Shown here: one piece after another, positions 9,652 to 21,000 of the stretch | Layout: every line of letters starts with the position of its first letter | Position numbering within the stretch: position 1 is the first letter of the stretch | Assembly (NCBI GenBank): GCA_046052705.1 | Contig: JBJOLU010000227.1 | Location: 1-62,894 of the forward strand | DNA from: Bacteroidota bacterium | Lineage (GTDB): Bacteria > Bacteroidota > Ignavibacteria > Kapaibacteriales > NICIL-2 | Length of the DNA: 62,894 nucleotides | Direction of reading: 5' to 3' | Made by a program: the position numbers and the translations under genes | The notes under the pieces: model-generated | What the model saw: only the letters and a program-made list of their open reading frames with translations | What the model was told of the DNA's origin: nothing | Databases searched by the model: none

Positions 9652-10997
9652 TCCGTCAAATCAATAAATGCAAGTCCGCCAATGGCGTCTCCCGTGCCCG
9701 ACAATACGCGCACGCCGATTGTGTAGATGTCGCTTACCCCGGCAAGGCTGGCACCTAGTTGCAAATCAAAGTTGTACCCTGTATCTCCTGTGGAGGAACC
9801 ACCTGATTGGTTTGTCGCTGAGGAGTATTCGACCTGCACCGTAGTGCCACCACTCATGGCTGTTGCTGTGATGTCGTATTCCACATTATTGAAGCCACTT
9901 GTCACCCACGATGCGCCAGTGAGGGTCGTGTTTTTGACCAACTGAATTTCGTAGTTGCCTGCACTTGTTGGGAACACTGACATCAGTTGAGGTAGCACAA
10001 TCGCCCCGAGCCTTGTGCTTTTGAGCCGAATAGATACCAGCGGTAGGAGCGTAGTGCCAATTGTTGCCAAGGCCGTCGTGCGCCGGGCAATCTGCTGTTT
10101 GACTTGCTGCTGGTAGCCGCCTTCTGACACGACCGTCGAGCAAATCTGCTTCATGGTCGATGAAGATGCAGTCACGCCTGTATTTGTAATCTCATACCTG
10201 ACCGGCAGAATAGCCGTGGTCATGTACACCTTATTGATGTCGTTCGCGTTGTTGAATGTGTGGCAGATAACGAATCGCCCGTTGATGACAAAGCCACACC
10301 GCACACTGCCTACGCCCAGCCACTCGAAGTCGGCAAAGAAAATTTGCGCTTTCGTAATGTCGAGCGTATAGCCGCTATCGCCGGTTCCATCCAACTTGTC
10401 ACCGTTCCAGTCTGCCTGATTTACGGTTCGTGTGTCGCTGGCGGTGCCGCTGGTGTAAGTGCGCAGCACGAAGGATTTCGTTGTTCCGTTCTGCTGGAAG
10501 AACACGCCGTTTTCGGTGTTGAAATAGCCTACGCGTTGCCGAAGGTTTTCTTTTCCGGCGTTCATCACAAATGTCGCCATGACTTGCAGGCTCTTACCCG
10601 GCTGATATGGCATGGAACGATAGGTCTGTCGCACCACTTCACTACCGGAGCTTGTCGTCACATTGAGATCGACCGTGCTCTCATTGGCTTGATACGTTGT
10701 GCTGCCGCCTGTAGCCGTAGAGGTGTCGAACTGGTCATCGGCCGCAAACCGATTCTGGCTATCGAATAATGTATACGGCTCGCTAAAACGAGCGCGTCCG
10801 AACGCATCAATGGCTCCGCCGTAGAAGCCAACTTCATAAGGGCCTTGGTTTGCCACGAGCTGATCCACCACGTAGTTGAGTTGATTGAAATACAGCCGCA
10901 AGACGTTTGCGAACTGATCCATGAACTTTTTGTCGTATTGCACCGGACCTAGTGGCAGGCTCGGCACAGCGGGCATGCGTGCATCTACGAGAGCCAT
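9648..10997 (-). CDS. Virion structural protein (putative tail tube/nozzle-associated)
   Basis: 449-aa ORF, beta-rich, overlaps downstream start; adjacent to 624-aa structural ORF upstream of the giant proteins; function by position only. Confidence 0.45.
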   Translation of the reverse strand: MALVDARMPAVPSLPLGPVQYDKKFMDQFANVLRLYFNQLNYVVDQLVANQGPYEVGFYGGAIDAFGRARFSEPYTLFDSQNRFAADDQFDTSTATGGSTTYQANESTVDLNVTTSSGSEVVRQTYRSMPYQPGKSLQVMATFVMNAGKENLRQRVGYFNTENGVFFQQNGTTKSFVLRTYTSGTASDTRTVNQADWNGDKLDGTGDSGYTLDITKAQIFFADFEWLGVGSVRCGFVINGRFVICHTFNNANDINKVYMTTAILPVRYEITNTGVTASSSTMKQICSTVVSEGGYQQQVKQQIARRTTALATIGTTLLPLVSIRLKSTRLGAIVLPQLMSVFPTSAGNYEIQLVKNTTLTGASWVTSGFNNVEYDITATAMSGGTTVQVEYSSATNQSGGSSTGDTGYNFDLQLGASLAGVSDIYTIGVRVLSGTGDAIGGLAFIDLTD

Positions 10998-10999
10998 GT

Positions 11000-12874
11000 T
11001 TACCGCCTGCCGTCAGGTCTGAGGTCGATTCGCGGGGCACCCAACTGCCATTGCACACCCAGCCCAGTGCTCTCCATCTTGATCGACATCTGCCTGCCAC
11101 GTACCCGCGTAAATACTTGGCCGGTGAATTGTTCAATAGGCACTGTTGCCGTACGCGTTACTGCCGCAGAGTTACTACCCCCGACTGACGCGGGGTTGTT
11201 ATAGCCCGAGCCCGAGTTGGCGAGAGGCAACAGATACATGGTTGCGCTTGGACTCACGGCCGTCGATCCTCGGAATGTCACGTCCGGCAGCATGCGGTAG
11301 ATGAACGCAAAGTTATGCCCGTCGTCGATGTCGAATTCCGACGAGGTAATGTAGGCGTTGATGGGCGCGGGCACGCCAGTGGAATTGTCATCCACTCCAG
11401 TTTCGTGATTCACCAAGTTGTTCAGGTATGTCGCTGCAACTGGGTAAGTGCGCAACCCGCTGTCGATCCAAGCTGTGCGCGCCATGGTGCCGTAGTACCA
11501 GACATCTTCGAGGTAGTTGTACACCACGTACCGGTCGATTGTCGTAGAGTTGGCGCTGCAATAAAACCACCAGACTTCGTTGAAGCCTTCGTTTGTACTG
11601 GCAAAGACTTGGCCGCGCTGCGCCGCGTTGAAATCGCTGAATACGAACTGCTTCAAATCGCAACGTAAAGTGTCGACCCGGCCGTCGTATTTGTAAAACT
11701 TGTCGATGCCCATCCAATACACTACGCCGCTGCCGATTGCTCGGGCGTTTTGTCCGGCCAAGGATAGGTTGTCGCCCAGAAGCTGTGTCCCCCAGACTTC
11801 GGGTGCGCCTAGGTACTGCAACGCGTAGAGCGCCGAATCAGTCCAGACGAGAATTTCCTGACGAGTTTGCAGGCACGTCACAATCTCTGACCCATGCGAC
11901 AACCGCACACTACCTGCTTGGTTCGTGGCAGCAGGCGTCCAATTCACCGCGCTTTCCTGATCTGACCAACGAATCAGCATCGGATCATAAGTCGATGACA
12001 AATAATCTGTCGTTCCGAAAGCGAATACAAACCGGCTCGTGTCTGACACAAACACAAAGTTGGCTTGCGTGGGTACGTTAGACGCCCCGGATAAGGAAGA
12101 CAGCGCGACGCCTCGGGTTGTAAGACCTGCCGATGCGTCCCAATAGTAGATGCCACCACCGCGCGGATTGAAGATCAGGTCCTCGCCAAAATTGTTTTGG
12201 CTCCACACACGCAAGCTGTCTGGCAACGCGGACGCCGTGATGCCCCACGAACCACTGCCCCATGTTCCCGCGCCCCAGCCGGTTAGTGGTACTGTAAAAG
12301 CTGGGCCTGTTGGAATCTGATACGCTGCCGACACGGACGCCCCGCCGCCGGGCGACCCCGCCACGTCTGTGGCATTAGCCGTAGCCGCTACGGTAATCGT
12401 GTAGCTGTTACTGTTGATTACGGTAACTTGATATTCCTGATTCAGCACTGATGCACTGATGTTCCCCCCTAGCCCGACTGCGCTACTGAAGGTCACAAAG
12501 TCTCCTGTGGAACAGCCATGCGCCGTGTGCGCGACGGTAATTACCGATGAATTCAGTGTGGCCGTGAAAGGATTATTCAGCGTAACTGTGGCCCGGATCG
12601 GCGTGATGTCGTAATACGCCCCGCCCGACTCGATATAAAACTTGAGATTAGTGCCGACGCCCATCAGGTTCAAATTAGCGAGCGTGACCCAATTCCACAG
12701 GCTCCGGCACACCCCTAAATAGGTGTTGGCGGAAATACGCTCCCACCCACCGATCTTTTCGGGCGTACCTTGGCGAAACCGGATTTTATCTCCGTCATAC
12801 CAGCCGCCCTCCGCCGTATATCGCGTTCCTTCTCTCCACATGCCCGGTCGCAACTGTAACTTCTTAAGAGCCAT
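11000..12874 (-). CDS. Virion structural protein (putative tail tubular/nozzle protein)
   Basis: 624-aa ORF. The N-terminus MALKKLQLRPGMWREGTRYTAEGGWYDGDKIRFRQGTPEKIGGWERI is a motif I recall from podovirus tail proteins; position supports the call. Confidence 0.45.
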   Translation of the reverse strand: MALKKLQLRPGMWREGTRYTAEGGWYDGDKIRFRQGTPEKIGGWERISANTYLGVCRSLWNWVTLANLNLMGVGTNLKFYIESGGAYYDITPIRATVTLNNPFTATLNSSVITVAHTAHGCSTGDFVTFSSAVGLGGNISASVLNQEYQVTVINSNSYTITVAATANATDVAGSPGGGASVSAAYQIPTGPAFTVPLTGWGAGTWGSGSWGITASALPDSLRVWSQNNFGEDLIFNPRGGGIYYWDASAGLTTRGVALSSLSGASNVPTQANFVFVSDTSRFVFAFGTTDYLSSTYDPMLIRWSDQESAVNWTPAATNQAGSVRLSHGSEIVTCLQTRQEILVWTDSALYALQYLGAPEVWGTQLLGDNLSLAGQNARAIGSGVVYWMGIDKFYKYDGRVDTLRCDLKQFVFSDFNAAQRGQVFASTNEGFNEVWWFYCSANSTTIDRYVVYNYLEDVWYYGTMARTAWIDSGLRTYPVAATYLNNLVNHETGVDDNSTGVPAPINAYITSSEFDIDDGHNFAFIYRMLPDVTFRGSTAVSPSATMYLLPLANSGSGYNNPASVGGSNSAAVTRTATVPIEQFTGQVFTRVRGRQMSIKMESTGLGVQWQLGAPRIDLRPDGRR

Positions 12875-13628
12875 TTGTTTTCTCCGCCCTTTTTTTGTCC
12901 CAATATGCTTTTTTAGCCGCGCTCAACCGGTCGCGCGTTTCTTGACTTACATTGCCTTTAATCTCTTTCAGCTTGGCAATGGTTTCTGCGCTGTGCTTGC
13001 GTCCGGTCATAATTTCCCGCAGTTTTTGTTTTGCCTCTTCGGGGTACGGCCCGCGTTTTGACCCGGTCTGTCGCGCCGTAACCGCTTGGCCGAACTCTGG
13101 AGGTCGCTTCCATTTCGAGGATGCTTCGGCGATTTTCCGTTTCCACTCTTCAGAAAACGGCGCCCTTTTAACGCCAAGTTTTGATTGCCTAATTTTTTCT
13201 TTGGTTTCTTGGGACGTTGGCTGGCGGCTTTCTGCACTCCAGCGTCTTAATGCCGCCAAATGTTCGGCAGAAAGTTTTTTGCCTTTGTTTGCTGCGCTGA
13301 TTTTTTGGCGCACTTCTTGGGTGTAGACAACAGCGCCATTCACGTTGAGGTTGTAACACGCTATTCCCTCATCTAACATTTTACGGATTAATAATGACTC
13401 AAATTTCCGACAATCGTCATATGATCCGATAGCAATAATTTGTCGTGAAAAATCTTGAGGTCGAATTTTATACTGCGCTTTAACATGCTTTGATGAGCAA
13501 ATGTAACCATCATCTACGCTCCCCTTGTGGAAGCCGACGTATAGCTTGTCACTTTCTTTATCCGTCCAGCAATAAACAAAACAATTTTGCTCTTTGGTTT
13601 GGAAGTTTTGCATGTTTTTTGCCGGCAC
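12864..13628 (-). CDS. Free-standing GIY-YIG homing endonuclease with NUMOD3-type repeats
   Basis: N-terminal FVYCWTDKESDKLYVGFHKG (GIY-YIG-like); C-terminal repeated S/T-x-E-x-K-x-K-I/L units (NUMOD3-like); GTG start preceded by AAGGGGG; wedged between endolysin and tail genes. Confidence 0.75.
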   Translation of the reverse strand: MPAKNMQNFQTKEQNCFVYCWTDKESDKLYVGFHKGSVDDGYICSSKHVKAQYKIRPQDFSRQIIAIGSYDDCRKFESLLIRKMLDEGIACYNLNVNGAVVYTQEVRQKISAANKGKKLSAEHLAALRRWSAESRQPTSQETKEKIRQSKLGVKRAPFSEEWKRKIAEASSKWKRPPEFGQAVTARQTGSKRGPYPEEAKQKLREIMTGRKHSAETIAKLKEIKGNVSQETRDRLSAAKKAYWDKKRAEKTNGS

Positions 13629-13637
13629 GTTGCCCCC

Positions 13638-14150
13638 TTATGCAGTCATGTCGGTGGCGTCATGTTTAACCTCGGCCACCCGACGGCCCCACCCTCGCCC
13701 GAAGGTGTCCCACGTAGGCAGGTCTTGCAAGAACGCTAGGCGGACGGCGTTATAGCCCACAACCAGAAGCTGTGGGTCGGCCGCTTTTGCGGCAGCCAGC
13801 GTTTTAGGGCCCAACGCCCCATCCTGCGTGACACCGAGAGATTGTTGAAGCCATTTGATCGCGCGGCCCGGTCCACTATTTACCGCCGCATCGAAGACGC
13901 AATAATCCACCCCGGCAGGCAGATCATCACCGCAGATTTTGTCCCAGTATTTGCGTTTGTAGAGCGGTTTCACCATCTCCGGGGTGAGCCCCCGCATGGT
14001 CCGCTCGTCTACCGCATGGCCGACCCACTCTTCCCACACGCGTTTGGTGACGCCGTACATTGTGACGCCCCCTTTATCTTGCGGATGGTTTGAGTAAGTC
14101 CCTTCATGCCGGATGAGCTTGGCAAACGCCTTGTCGAAGTTTTCTTTCAC
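13638..14150 (-). CDS. Endolysin, GH108 lysozyme domain + PG_binding_3 domain
   Basis: HEGTYSNHPQDKGGVTMYGVT motif (GH108 EGGY-type) and C-terminal peptidoglycan-binding-like half; next to holin. Confidence 0.85.
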   Translation of the reverse strand: MKENFDKAFAKLIRHEGTYSNHPQDKGGVTMYGVTKRVWEEWVGHAVDERTMRGLTPEMVKPLYKRKYWDKICGDDLPAGVDYCVFDAAVNSGPGRAIKWLQQSLGVTQDGALGPKTLAAAKAADPQLLVVGYNAVRLAFLQDLPTWDTFGRGWGRRVAEVKHDATDMTA

Positions 14151-14206
14151 TGGTCAGTCCGTGATCGTAGAAGGTTTAGTCCCACTGGCACGGCTGACTG
14201 CAAGAC

Positions 14207-14230
14207 GATGGGCAGGCCGGACTGCCCATC
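14207..14230 (-). promoter_or_regulatory. Perfect 9-bp stem hairpin between small ORF and endolysin start
   Basis: GATGGGCAG-gccgga-CTGCCCATC; no U-tract on either strand, so not a canonical terminator. Confidence 0.4.
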
Positions 14231-14243
14231 GCTATTCTACCGC

Positions 14244-14399
14244 TTACTCCGCCTGTGGCTGTTCCGCCGCAGGTTGCACTTGAGGTTGCGCTTGCGCCTT
14301 GATCTTGTCAATCAGCCCAGCTACCGCTTCATACGGCAACTTCGATACACCGACCAAAACAATTTGGGTTTCTTCCAACGACAGTTCCAGCTTAATCAT
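14244..14399 (-). CDS. Small hypothetical protein (51 aa) between holin and endolysin
   Basis: ATG 14399 just after holin stop; MIKLELSLEETQIVLVGVSKLPYEAVAGLIDKIKAQAQPQVQPAAEQPQAE; below ORF-track size cut-off; no TM segment. Confidence 0.35.
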   Translation of the reverse strand: MIKLELSLEETQIVLVGVSKLPYEAVAGLIDKIKAQAQPQVQPAAEQPQAE

Positions 14400-14402
14400 G
14401 AA

Positions 14403-14585
14403 TTACTCCACAGTTTGACTTGCACGTTTCTTATCATAAATCGACCAACCGACGCCAGCAGCGGCAGCCGCGCCACCAACGAGGGCGTCCATGGTAGCGC
14501 CATCGATACCATATTTCACAGCAAACCCGCCCGCGATTGCGGTGAGGATGTGCCTGACCAATGCCTGAATCAGTACCGGGTTCAT
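14403..14585 (-). CDS. Putative holin (2 TM segments, charged C-terminus)
   Basis: 60 aa, LIQALVRHILTAIAGGFAV and LVGGAAAAAGVGWSI hydrophobic segments, KKRASQTVE tail; upstream of endolysin. Confidence 0.6.
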   Translation of the reverse strand: MNPVLIQALVRHILTAIAGGFAVKYGIDGATMDALVGGAAAAAGVGWSIYDKKRASQTVE

Positions 14586-14595
14586 ATCAATCTCC

Positions 14596-17061
14596 TTAAG
14601 CAGTCACCGCTTTAACCACCGCAAAACTGAATACTGGCTGCTCTGTCGTGGTGCCGCCCGTAGTAGCAAACGTGATTTGAAAACTTCCTGCGGCAACATT
14701 GGTCACGGACAAAATATATTTGTCTGTCCCCGATTTCTGGCATACAAACACCACATCAGTCGCTGCCACGGTCGAGTTCGTAACCGTGAAAGTCTGGTAT
14801 GAAGTAGTCCCCGCCGCACTTACCAATGTAATTGCGCCATTGGTTTTATTCAACGTCACGCCTGTTGTGCGCGATGTCGCCTGTGTGACTGCGCCGCCTG
14901 AGCCTGTGCCGTAGCCAAGGCCGCCTACGCCGGTCACTAATACGTTCCCGGAAGTATCAATCCGCATCCGCTCGGTCGCGGTGCGCAGCGTGGTACCAGA
15001 TGCACCTGCCGCAGCCGTCGAAAACACAATCGGGCCACCGGCGCCTGAGCCCGTTGGTTGACCACCCCGAATCGTCAGCGTTGCGCCGGCAATATCGGTT
15101 CCCAAGCCGCCAGTTGCGGACAGCAAACCATTGGTAGGCGTAGACATGGTTTCGCCGTTGCCGATGAACACCGTGCCCGTTGAGTTGATCCGCATGCGCT
15201 CAACCGCCAACGTGCTGGCCGTGTTATCGGAGGTGCCGAAGATCATCGCTGTGTCGGGCGCTGTCGTTTCCGCGATGAGCGACAGATACCCTTTTACCCC
15301 TGCACCGGGCGTGCCTGAATCCGAACCATAGAATTCAATTGCACCGATTGGCTGCACCGCTGCCGATGATGTATCGGTATCTGTAATTCGAAAGACATTG
15401 GCACTTGCTGCGAATGCTGACACCGTGCCGCTCGCGACAGTCTGTGAATTGTTTATCGTATAAGTGCCCGTGCCGCCTGTGCCTGTACCAAGCGCGGTGA
15501 CTACGGTATTGAAGTCGATTCCGGCTCCGAAAATTCGATCGCCCACTGCTAATGTGCCGCTTGATACCGATGTCACATCCAAGGTCGTGCCAGTAATCGA
15601 AGCGGTGCCAATAAATGTCGTGTTTGTGGTGCCGCTCAACTCAAGCGCAGTTGCGGGTGTGGTGGTGCCAATCCCTACGCGTCCTGCCGACGTGATTCGC
15701 ATGCGCTCAGTTGCAGTGCGCAACGTCGTGCCTGCCGCACCTGCGGCCGATGTGCCAAATACTACTGCGCCGCCAGCACCCGATCCGGTGCTGTATCCGC
15801 CGTACAAATTGAGATTAACGCCCGCGATGTCTGTGCCTGAAGCTGCGGTCGGCAAGATTGTTACAGCGGACGGCGTTGCTGAACTTACGCCTTGCCCCAA
15901 CCAATAAGCGGTCAGCGGAATCGTATCGCTGCCGAACACCACTTGTTGAGTGTTAGTAGACGTGGCATTTCGACCAATCGCAACAGAATTGGTATAGGCT
16001 ATAGCACCGTAGCCGAGGGCCACTGACGATGACGACGCTGAAGTATCTCGGCCCAGTGCAACTCCGACGTTCCCAGCCGCTGAATTTTGCCCAACAGCCA
16101 CGCCCCCTGCCGCTGTTGCCGCCGCCGCATTCCCGATTGCCACTGCATTCGTACTCGTTACGGTCGCGGAGTTACCGACTACAGTACTGTTAGTCTGACC
16201 ACCTGTGCCAACAGTAAGTCCATCAATCAGGGCCGACGAAGCCACTGTAAGCATGGCGCTTGGCGCTGCGGTTCCAATCCCCACGTTACCGCTATTTAGG
16301 ATTCGCATCGCTTCTGTGGCGCCGTTATTCCCGGTCTGGAAAATAATGTCCGCGCCCGTGGTACCGACGCCCGATGTCGAGCGCAGCGTCAGCGTGCTAG
16401 TCGTGCCTGTGCCGCCGATATGCAGCGGGAATGTCGCCGAGGTGGTGAATGTCGGCGTTGCGATCGTGGGGCTGGTGGCGCGAACCACGTTTCCTGTGCC
16501 TGTGCTGGATACCCACTCTGGGGCCGTCGCGCCGGCATTCACTTGCAGAACTTGAGCGGCGGTGCCGAGGCTCAAGAAGGTCGTAACCCCTGCGCCTGTT
16601 TGATAGGGCACGGAGCCAGCCGCACCCCCTGCTAGGTTGGTGGCAGTAGTCGCTGTAGCCGGAGCGACTTCAACGAAGTCTGAACCATTCCAAATTACGA
16701 TAGCCGTCTTGCCGTTAGCCACTGTCACGCCAGTCGTAGGGCCTGCACCCACAATTTTCACGGCGAAGCCGCCGGTGGTGTTATTCACCACGGCATAAAT
16801 CTTGGACTGTGCCGGCGCCGTGATAGTCCGTTGCGCTGTCCGGGCGCCGGAGCACAGCAAAATCGCCTGACGCGCCTGATTAGACGCGCCTGTAGTGGTG
16901 CTAAGAGTGACGTCCGCATCAGTAGACAGCGTCGTGGTGCCCGCAATCGCGGTGTCCAGCAGCGAGGTGATGGAGTTATTTACCGTGTCGCCCCACGTGC
17001 CGGCCAATTCGCCAGTGACGGGCAAGGCCAGACCAAGGAGGGATGTGTAGGAAGTAGCCAT
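14596..17061 (-). CDS. Tail fibre protein 2 (821 aa), modular, shares two modules with the 1107-aa fibre
   Basis: T/G/S/A-rich beta-repeat ORF; repeated E-R-M-R-I-x3-G-N-V-G-I-G-T motifs; the last ~115 aa are a diverged paralogue (near-identical blocks interspersed with substitutions) of the C-terminus of ORF 18019..21342. Confidence 0.7.
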   Translation of the reverse strand: MATSYTSLLGLALPVTGELAGTWGDTVNNSITSLLDTAIAGTTTLSTDADVTLSTTTGASNQARQAILLCSGARTAQRTITAPAQSKIYAVVNNTTGGFAVKIVGAGPTTGVTVANGKTAIVIWNGSDFVEVAPATATTATNLAGGAAGSVPYQTGAGVTTFLSLGTAAQVLQVNAGATAPEWVSSTGTGNVVRATSPTIATPTFTTSATFPLHIGGTGTTSTLTLRSTSGVGTTGADIIFQTGNNGATEAMRILNSGNVGIGTAAPSAMLTVASSALIDGLTVGTGGQTNSTVVGNSATVTSTNAVAIGNAAAATAAGGVAVGQNSAAGNVGVALGRDTSASSSSVALGYGAIAYTNSVAIGRNATSTNTQQVVFGSDTIPLTAYWLGQGVSSATPSAVTILPTAASGTDIAGVNLNLYGGYSTGSGAGGAVVFGTSAAGAAGTTLRTATERMRITSAGRVGIGTTTPATALELSGTTNTTFIGTASITGTTLDVTSVSSGTLAVGDRIFGAGIDFNTVVTALGTGTGGTGTYTINNSQTVASGTVSAFAASANVFRITDTDTSSAAVQPIGAIEFYGSDSGTPGAGVKGYLSLIAETTAPDTAMIFGTSDNTASTLAVERMRINSTGTVFIGNGETMSTPTNGLLSATGGLGTDIAGATLTIRGGQPTGSGAGGPIVFSTAAAGASGTTLRTATERMRIDTSGNVLVTGVGGLGYGTGSGGAVTQATSRTTGVTLNKTNGAITLVSAAGTTSYQTFTVTNSTVAATDVVFVCQKSGTDKYILSVTNVAAGSFQITFATTGGTTTEQPVFSFAVVKAVTA

Positions 17062-17070
17062 ATTTCGTCC

Positions 17071-18018
17071 TTATTGCTGCCAATTCGGTGTTTGTACATC
17101 ACTGACTGGAGTCCATCCAGCCACCTGTGCATCCGTCACGGTATTCCATGCAGGACTTTGCGTGTCATCGATTGTCGCCCAAGTACCCGACCCCGTGGCA
17201 ATTTGACTCCACCCTGCCGTCTGACTGTCGTCGATTGACACCCACCCCGTTGCAGGCGTCGTGATATGCGCCCAACCGGGGTTCTGAGAATCATCCACCA
17301 ACAACCATGTTGTAACCGGAGTTGAAATGCTAATCCATCCGGCGGTCTGCGAGTCTGTAATCGGTGTCCAGATACCCGATGGCGTTGTGATCGGCGCCCA
17401 GTTCGGTGTTTGGGAATCATCGATCACTCCCCACACATTGACCGAATGTACTGTCGCCGTGGCACTGACGCCTGTGACATAAACAATCTGGTCGACGGTT
17501 ACCGTGACGATTCCGACCGCCCCCGTCGCGCTTACTCCGGTGACGGGCACTAAAATGCCGATCGAAACCGTTACGGAATTTACCGTTGCGGTTGCTGCCA
17601 CTCCCGAAACAGAAACAGTCGCTGTGCCGGTTACGGATACCGATCCTACATTCCCGGTCGCGGACACTCCTGTCGCTACAACAACCGCATCGGCCTCAAC
17701 CGATACTGTTCCTACTGCCGCAGTAGCCGAGACGCCCGTTACCGCTACATTTGCCGTCCCTGATACCGCGACATTTCCAACAGCGCCCGTTGCCGATACG
17801 CCCGTCACTGCGACCAGTGCCGCCGCGCTGACTGATACTGTTCCTACTGCTGCGGTGGCCGAAACGCCTGTAGCCGTGACATTGGTGTCCCCCGACACTG
17901 TGTAGGGGCACGCGTAGCTAACTACATAACCGTCATCCCAATACCCAACCGCTACATACTCGGCAAACGTCGTGTATGCGGCGGGGACAGGCGCAAGAAA
18001 AACGATAACGTCAGTCAT
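17071..18018 (-). CDS. Tandem-repeat tail-associated protein (315 aa)
   Basis: Seven 22-aa repeats with TGVSAT core at exact 22-aa spacing, then ~5 DDSQ-x3-W repeats; located between the two fibre genes. Confidence 0.6.
   Translation of the reverse strand: MTDVIVFLAPVPAAYTTFAEYVAVGYWDDGYVVSYACPYTVSGDTNVTATGVSATAAVGTVSVSAAALVAVTGVSATGAVGNVAVSGTANVAVTGVSATAAVGTVSVEADAVVVATGVSATGNVGSVSVTGTATVSVSGVAATATVNSVTVSIGILVPVTGVSATGAVGIVTVTVDQIVYVTGVSATATVHSVNVWGVIDDSQTPNWAPITTPSGIWTPITDSQTAGWISISTPVTTWLLVDDSQNPGWAHITTPATGWVSIDDSQTAGWSQIATGSGTWATIDDTQSPAWNTVTDAQVAGWTPVSDVQTPNWQQ
17431..17877 (-). repeat. Seven tandem 66-nt (22-codon) coding repeats
   Basis: TGVSAT at residues 50,72,94,116,(138 SGVAAT),160,182 of the 315-aa ORF. 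Confidence 0.85.
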
Positions 18019-21000
18019 CTAGCTCGTCACTGCTTTGATTACAGAAAAATTAAACACAGGCTGCTCGGTTGTCGTGCCGCCCGTAGTCCTAAAAGAAACT
18101 CTGAAACTACCTGCGGATACCGCCGTAATGTGGATTTCGTAAAGGTTGGCCCCAGATTTTTGACCAATAATTACAGTATCTGTTGTCGCCACTGTGTTGT
18201 TAGTTACCGTAAAAGACGTCCAAGCGGTAGTTCCAGCAGCAGAAACTAACGTGATAGCACCGTTTGTTTTATTTAGTGTCACGCCGGTTGTTCGCGAAGT
18301 TATTTGCGTAACAGCGCCGCCCGAGCCAGTGCCGTACCCTAATCCCCCAGAGCTGGTAATTAGAAAATTTCCATTAGAATCTAAAACTACTCGTTGAGTT
18401 CCGCTGTTTAAAATATCGGTATTGTAATAATCTAAACCAGTCCTAAATGTAATTGGCAACGAACCTTCGGAGCCAATAACCATTTTTGACCCATCATTTC
18501 CAAAAAACGAAGTATTAACGTTCGTTTTTGAAAACGCAAAAATCATATTTTTAGTATTAACACCAGACCCAAACTGAACAACTGAGCCGGTTTCATTTGG
18601 TGGAGCAAAATTCTCGCCAAAAGTAATTCTGTAATCTGCGTTGTAATTAAAATTCGGATACGTGGTTGTGTTCGAACAAATTGAACCTACGACGTCCAAC
18701 TTAGAAGATGGCGAACTAGTGCCTATCCCAACGTTTCCATCAGCTTTAATCCGTAACTTTTCGGATACTGACGTTGTGTTGGTTGGTGTCGTAAAAAACG
18801 CTATATCCGTCCCGTTTGCGGTGCCTGTCCAATTTTGTGACGCTAAAATTGACATATATCCGCGCGAAGCTGTCCATGCCGTTCCTGTATACCCTCCGGC
18901 AGTAAAGTATGTAAGCGTATCATTAGCTAAAACTGCGGTTGGAACAGTCAAAGAACCCCTGGATTTTCGACCAAAATAAGCAGGGCCATCTGCTGTTGAT
19001 ATTGAAACGGTGGACCCAAAATTAAAGCCCCCAGATGAATTTGCAGACTCTAAAACAGCGACTGGATTTGTTGTCCCGATACCGATATTTCCATTATTAA
19101 GTATCCTCATTGCTTCCGTTGCGCCATTATTTCCGGTTTGGAAAATAATGTCTGCGCCTGCGGCGCCTACGCCGGAAGTGGATCGCAATCTCAGCGCGCT
19201 AGTGGTGCCGGTGCCGCCGATAATAAGCGGGACGGTTGCGGATGTGGTAATGGTCGGCGTGGCGATGGTGGGGCTGGTGCCAAATACTAATGCGCCGCTG
19301 CCAGTTTCGTCAGAAATTACGCCAGCAAGCTGTGAAGAAGTTGTGGGTGAAAATTGAGCAAGCGTACCTCCCGTGGTCGCCATCGTACCGGCTTGAAGCG
19401 TGGTATTACCGTCTGCGAGCGTTATGGTTCGAGACGCCGTGAGCGTCGTAGGTGTAAGCGTTACCGAATATGATGATGTTCCGCCGGAACGCCCTTGAAG
19501 CTGCACCCCGTCCTGCGTTGCCGCTGCGCGAACCAATACTGTGCCGCCGGTTGCAGCGAGCGAAGTGCCAGTTGCTGCGCCAATATTGGGCGTGGTCAAA
19601 GACGGGGTGTTTGCAAACACTAAAGAACCCGAACCAGTTTCATCTGTAACTGCGGCAGCCAGGTTAGCACTAGATGGCGTGGCAAGAAACGTATCGATGC
19701 CGGTGCCAAGGCCGGACACACCTGTTGAAATCGGCAACCCGGTGCAGCTTGTCAGCGTACCAGACGACGGCGTACCAAGCGCGCCGCCATTAACAACAAA
19801 CGCGCCAGCGGTGCCAGTATTAACGCCCAGAGCAGTTATTACACCAGTGCCGGTCGTGATAGTAGATGGCGCTGCTCCTGCGCCCCCACCAACCATAAGC
19901 GCGTTAGCAGTAAGCACTGCGGAGCTTGCCAACGTTCCGGTATCTGAGTAATAAAGAACTCCGCCTGACGTCCCGGCAGTAAGTCCGGTTCCGCCGTTGG
20001 CAACTGGCAAAGTGCCGGACACATGAGTTGTCAGGCCGATCTTGCCCCAGCTCGGCGCAACACCGACACCGCCCGAAATGAGGGAATTGCCCGTGGCGAC
20101 ATCCGCAAGTTTTGCCAACGATGTTGCTGTATTTGCATACAACAAATCGCCAACTGTGTAACTAGTTTGTCCAGTTCCACCAAGCGCCGCAGTTACTGGA
20201 GACGTTAAGCTAAACTGCGTTCCCGTGAGCGTAAGACCTGTTCCTGCCGTATATGAACTTGGCGAGGCAACTTGAACAAATACAAGAGAAGTTGTTCCGA
20301 TTGTGATTGGGAAATCAGTCGTTTGAACCCACTGCGTGTTTGCATTGATTGTCCCTTTCAAAATGTAGGTTATATCGCCAGGCGCAACTTCATTTTGACC
20401 TGTTCCCACTTGGTCAAAATCCGTTGCCCGAGTTAATACCCAATTTGTTGAGACTGACCCTTGATTAGTTAAAACATAAATGCCGTTTTGTGATGCAATG
20501 GATTGGTTTTTCACCAAAATACGAACTGCGTTGGTGACATCTGCCGCAGTCATGGTGTATCCATCAACAACCAACGCCGCTTGCGTACCAGCATTTGTCA
20601 AAGTTGCCCCAATGCCAGACGAGCCATTGTTGTACGTCACCGACCCCAAGTCAGCCGTCGTTGCGTAGCTAGACGCGGCGTGATAATTAGTGTTGCTTAC
20701 TGCTGCATCAACATATTGCTTTGTTGCGACTTGCAACGCTGATGTTGGGTCCGCCGTAAGCGTTACTGAATTTAAGCCAGAAATCGTTGTGCTAGTCGCG
20801 CCGAGTGCTACTGACGTCGTTCCAATTGTCACTGAACTATTAAGCAATGAAGAATTTCCAATATTGCTTAGAGTATTATTTGCTCCACTGATTGTTTTAT
20901 TAGTAAGCGTTTGTGTACCGGACAAAGTGGCGACTGTTCCGTCAATCGAGATTGTTACTGGAGATGAACCGTTATACGATGCCCCAGATAAACCTGTGCC

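Noticed and set aside
14596-18370. Possible diversity-generating retroelement (similar C-terminal ~350 nt in both fibre genes as VR/TR)
   Set aside because: There is no reverse transcriptase anywhere in the genome. The two copies differ at all base types, not adenine-specific ones, and both are in-frame coding ends of full genes.
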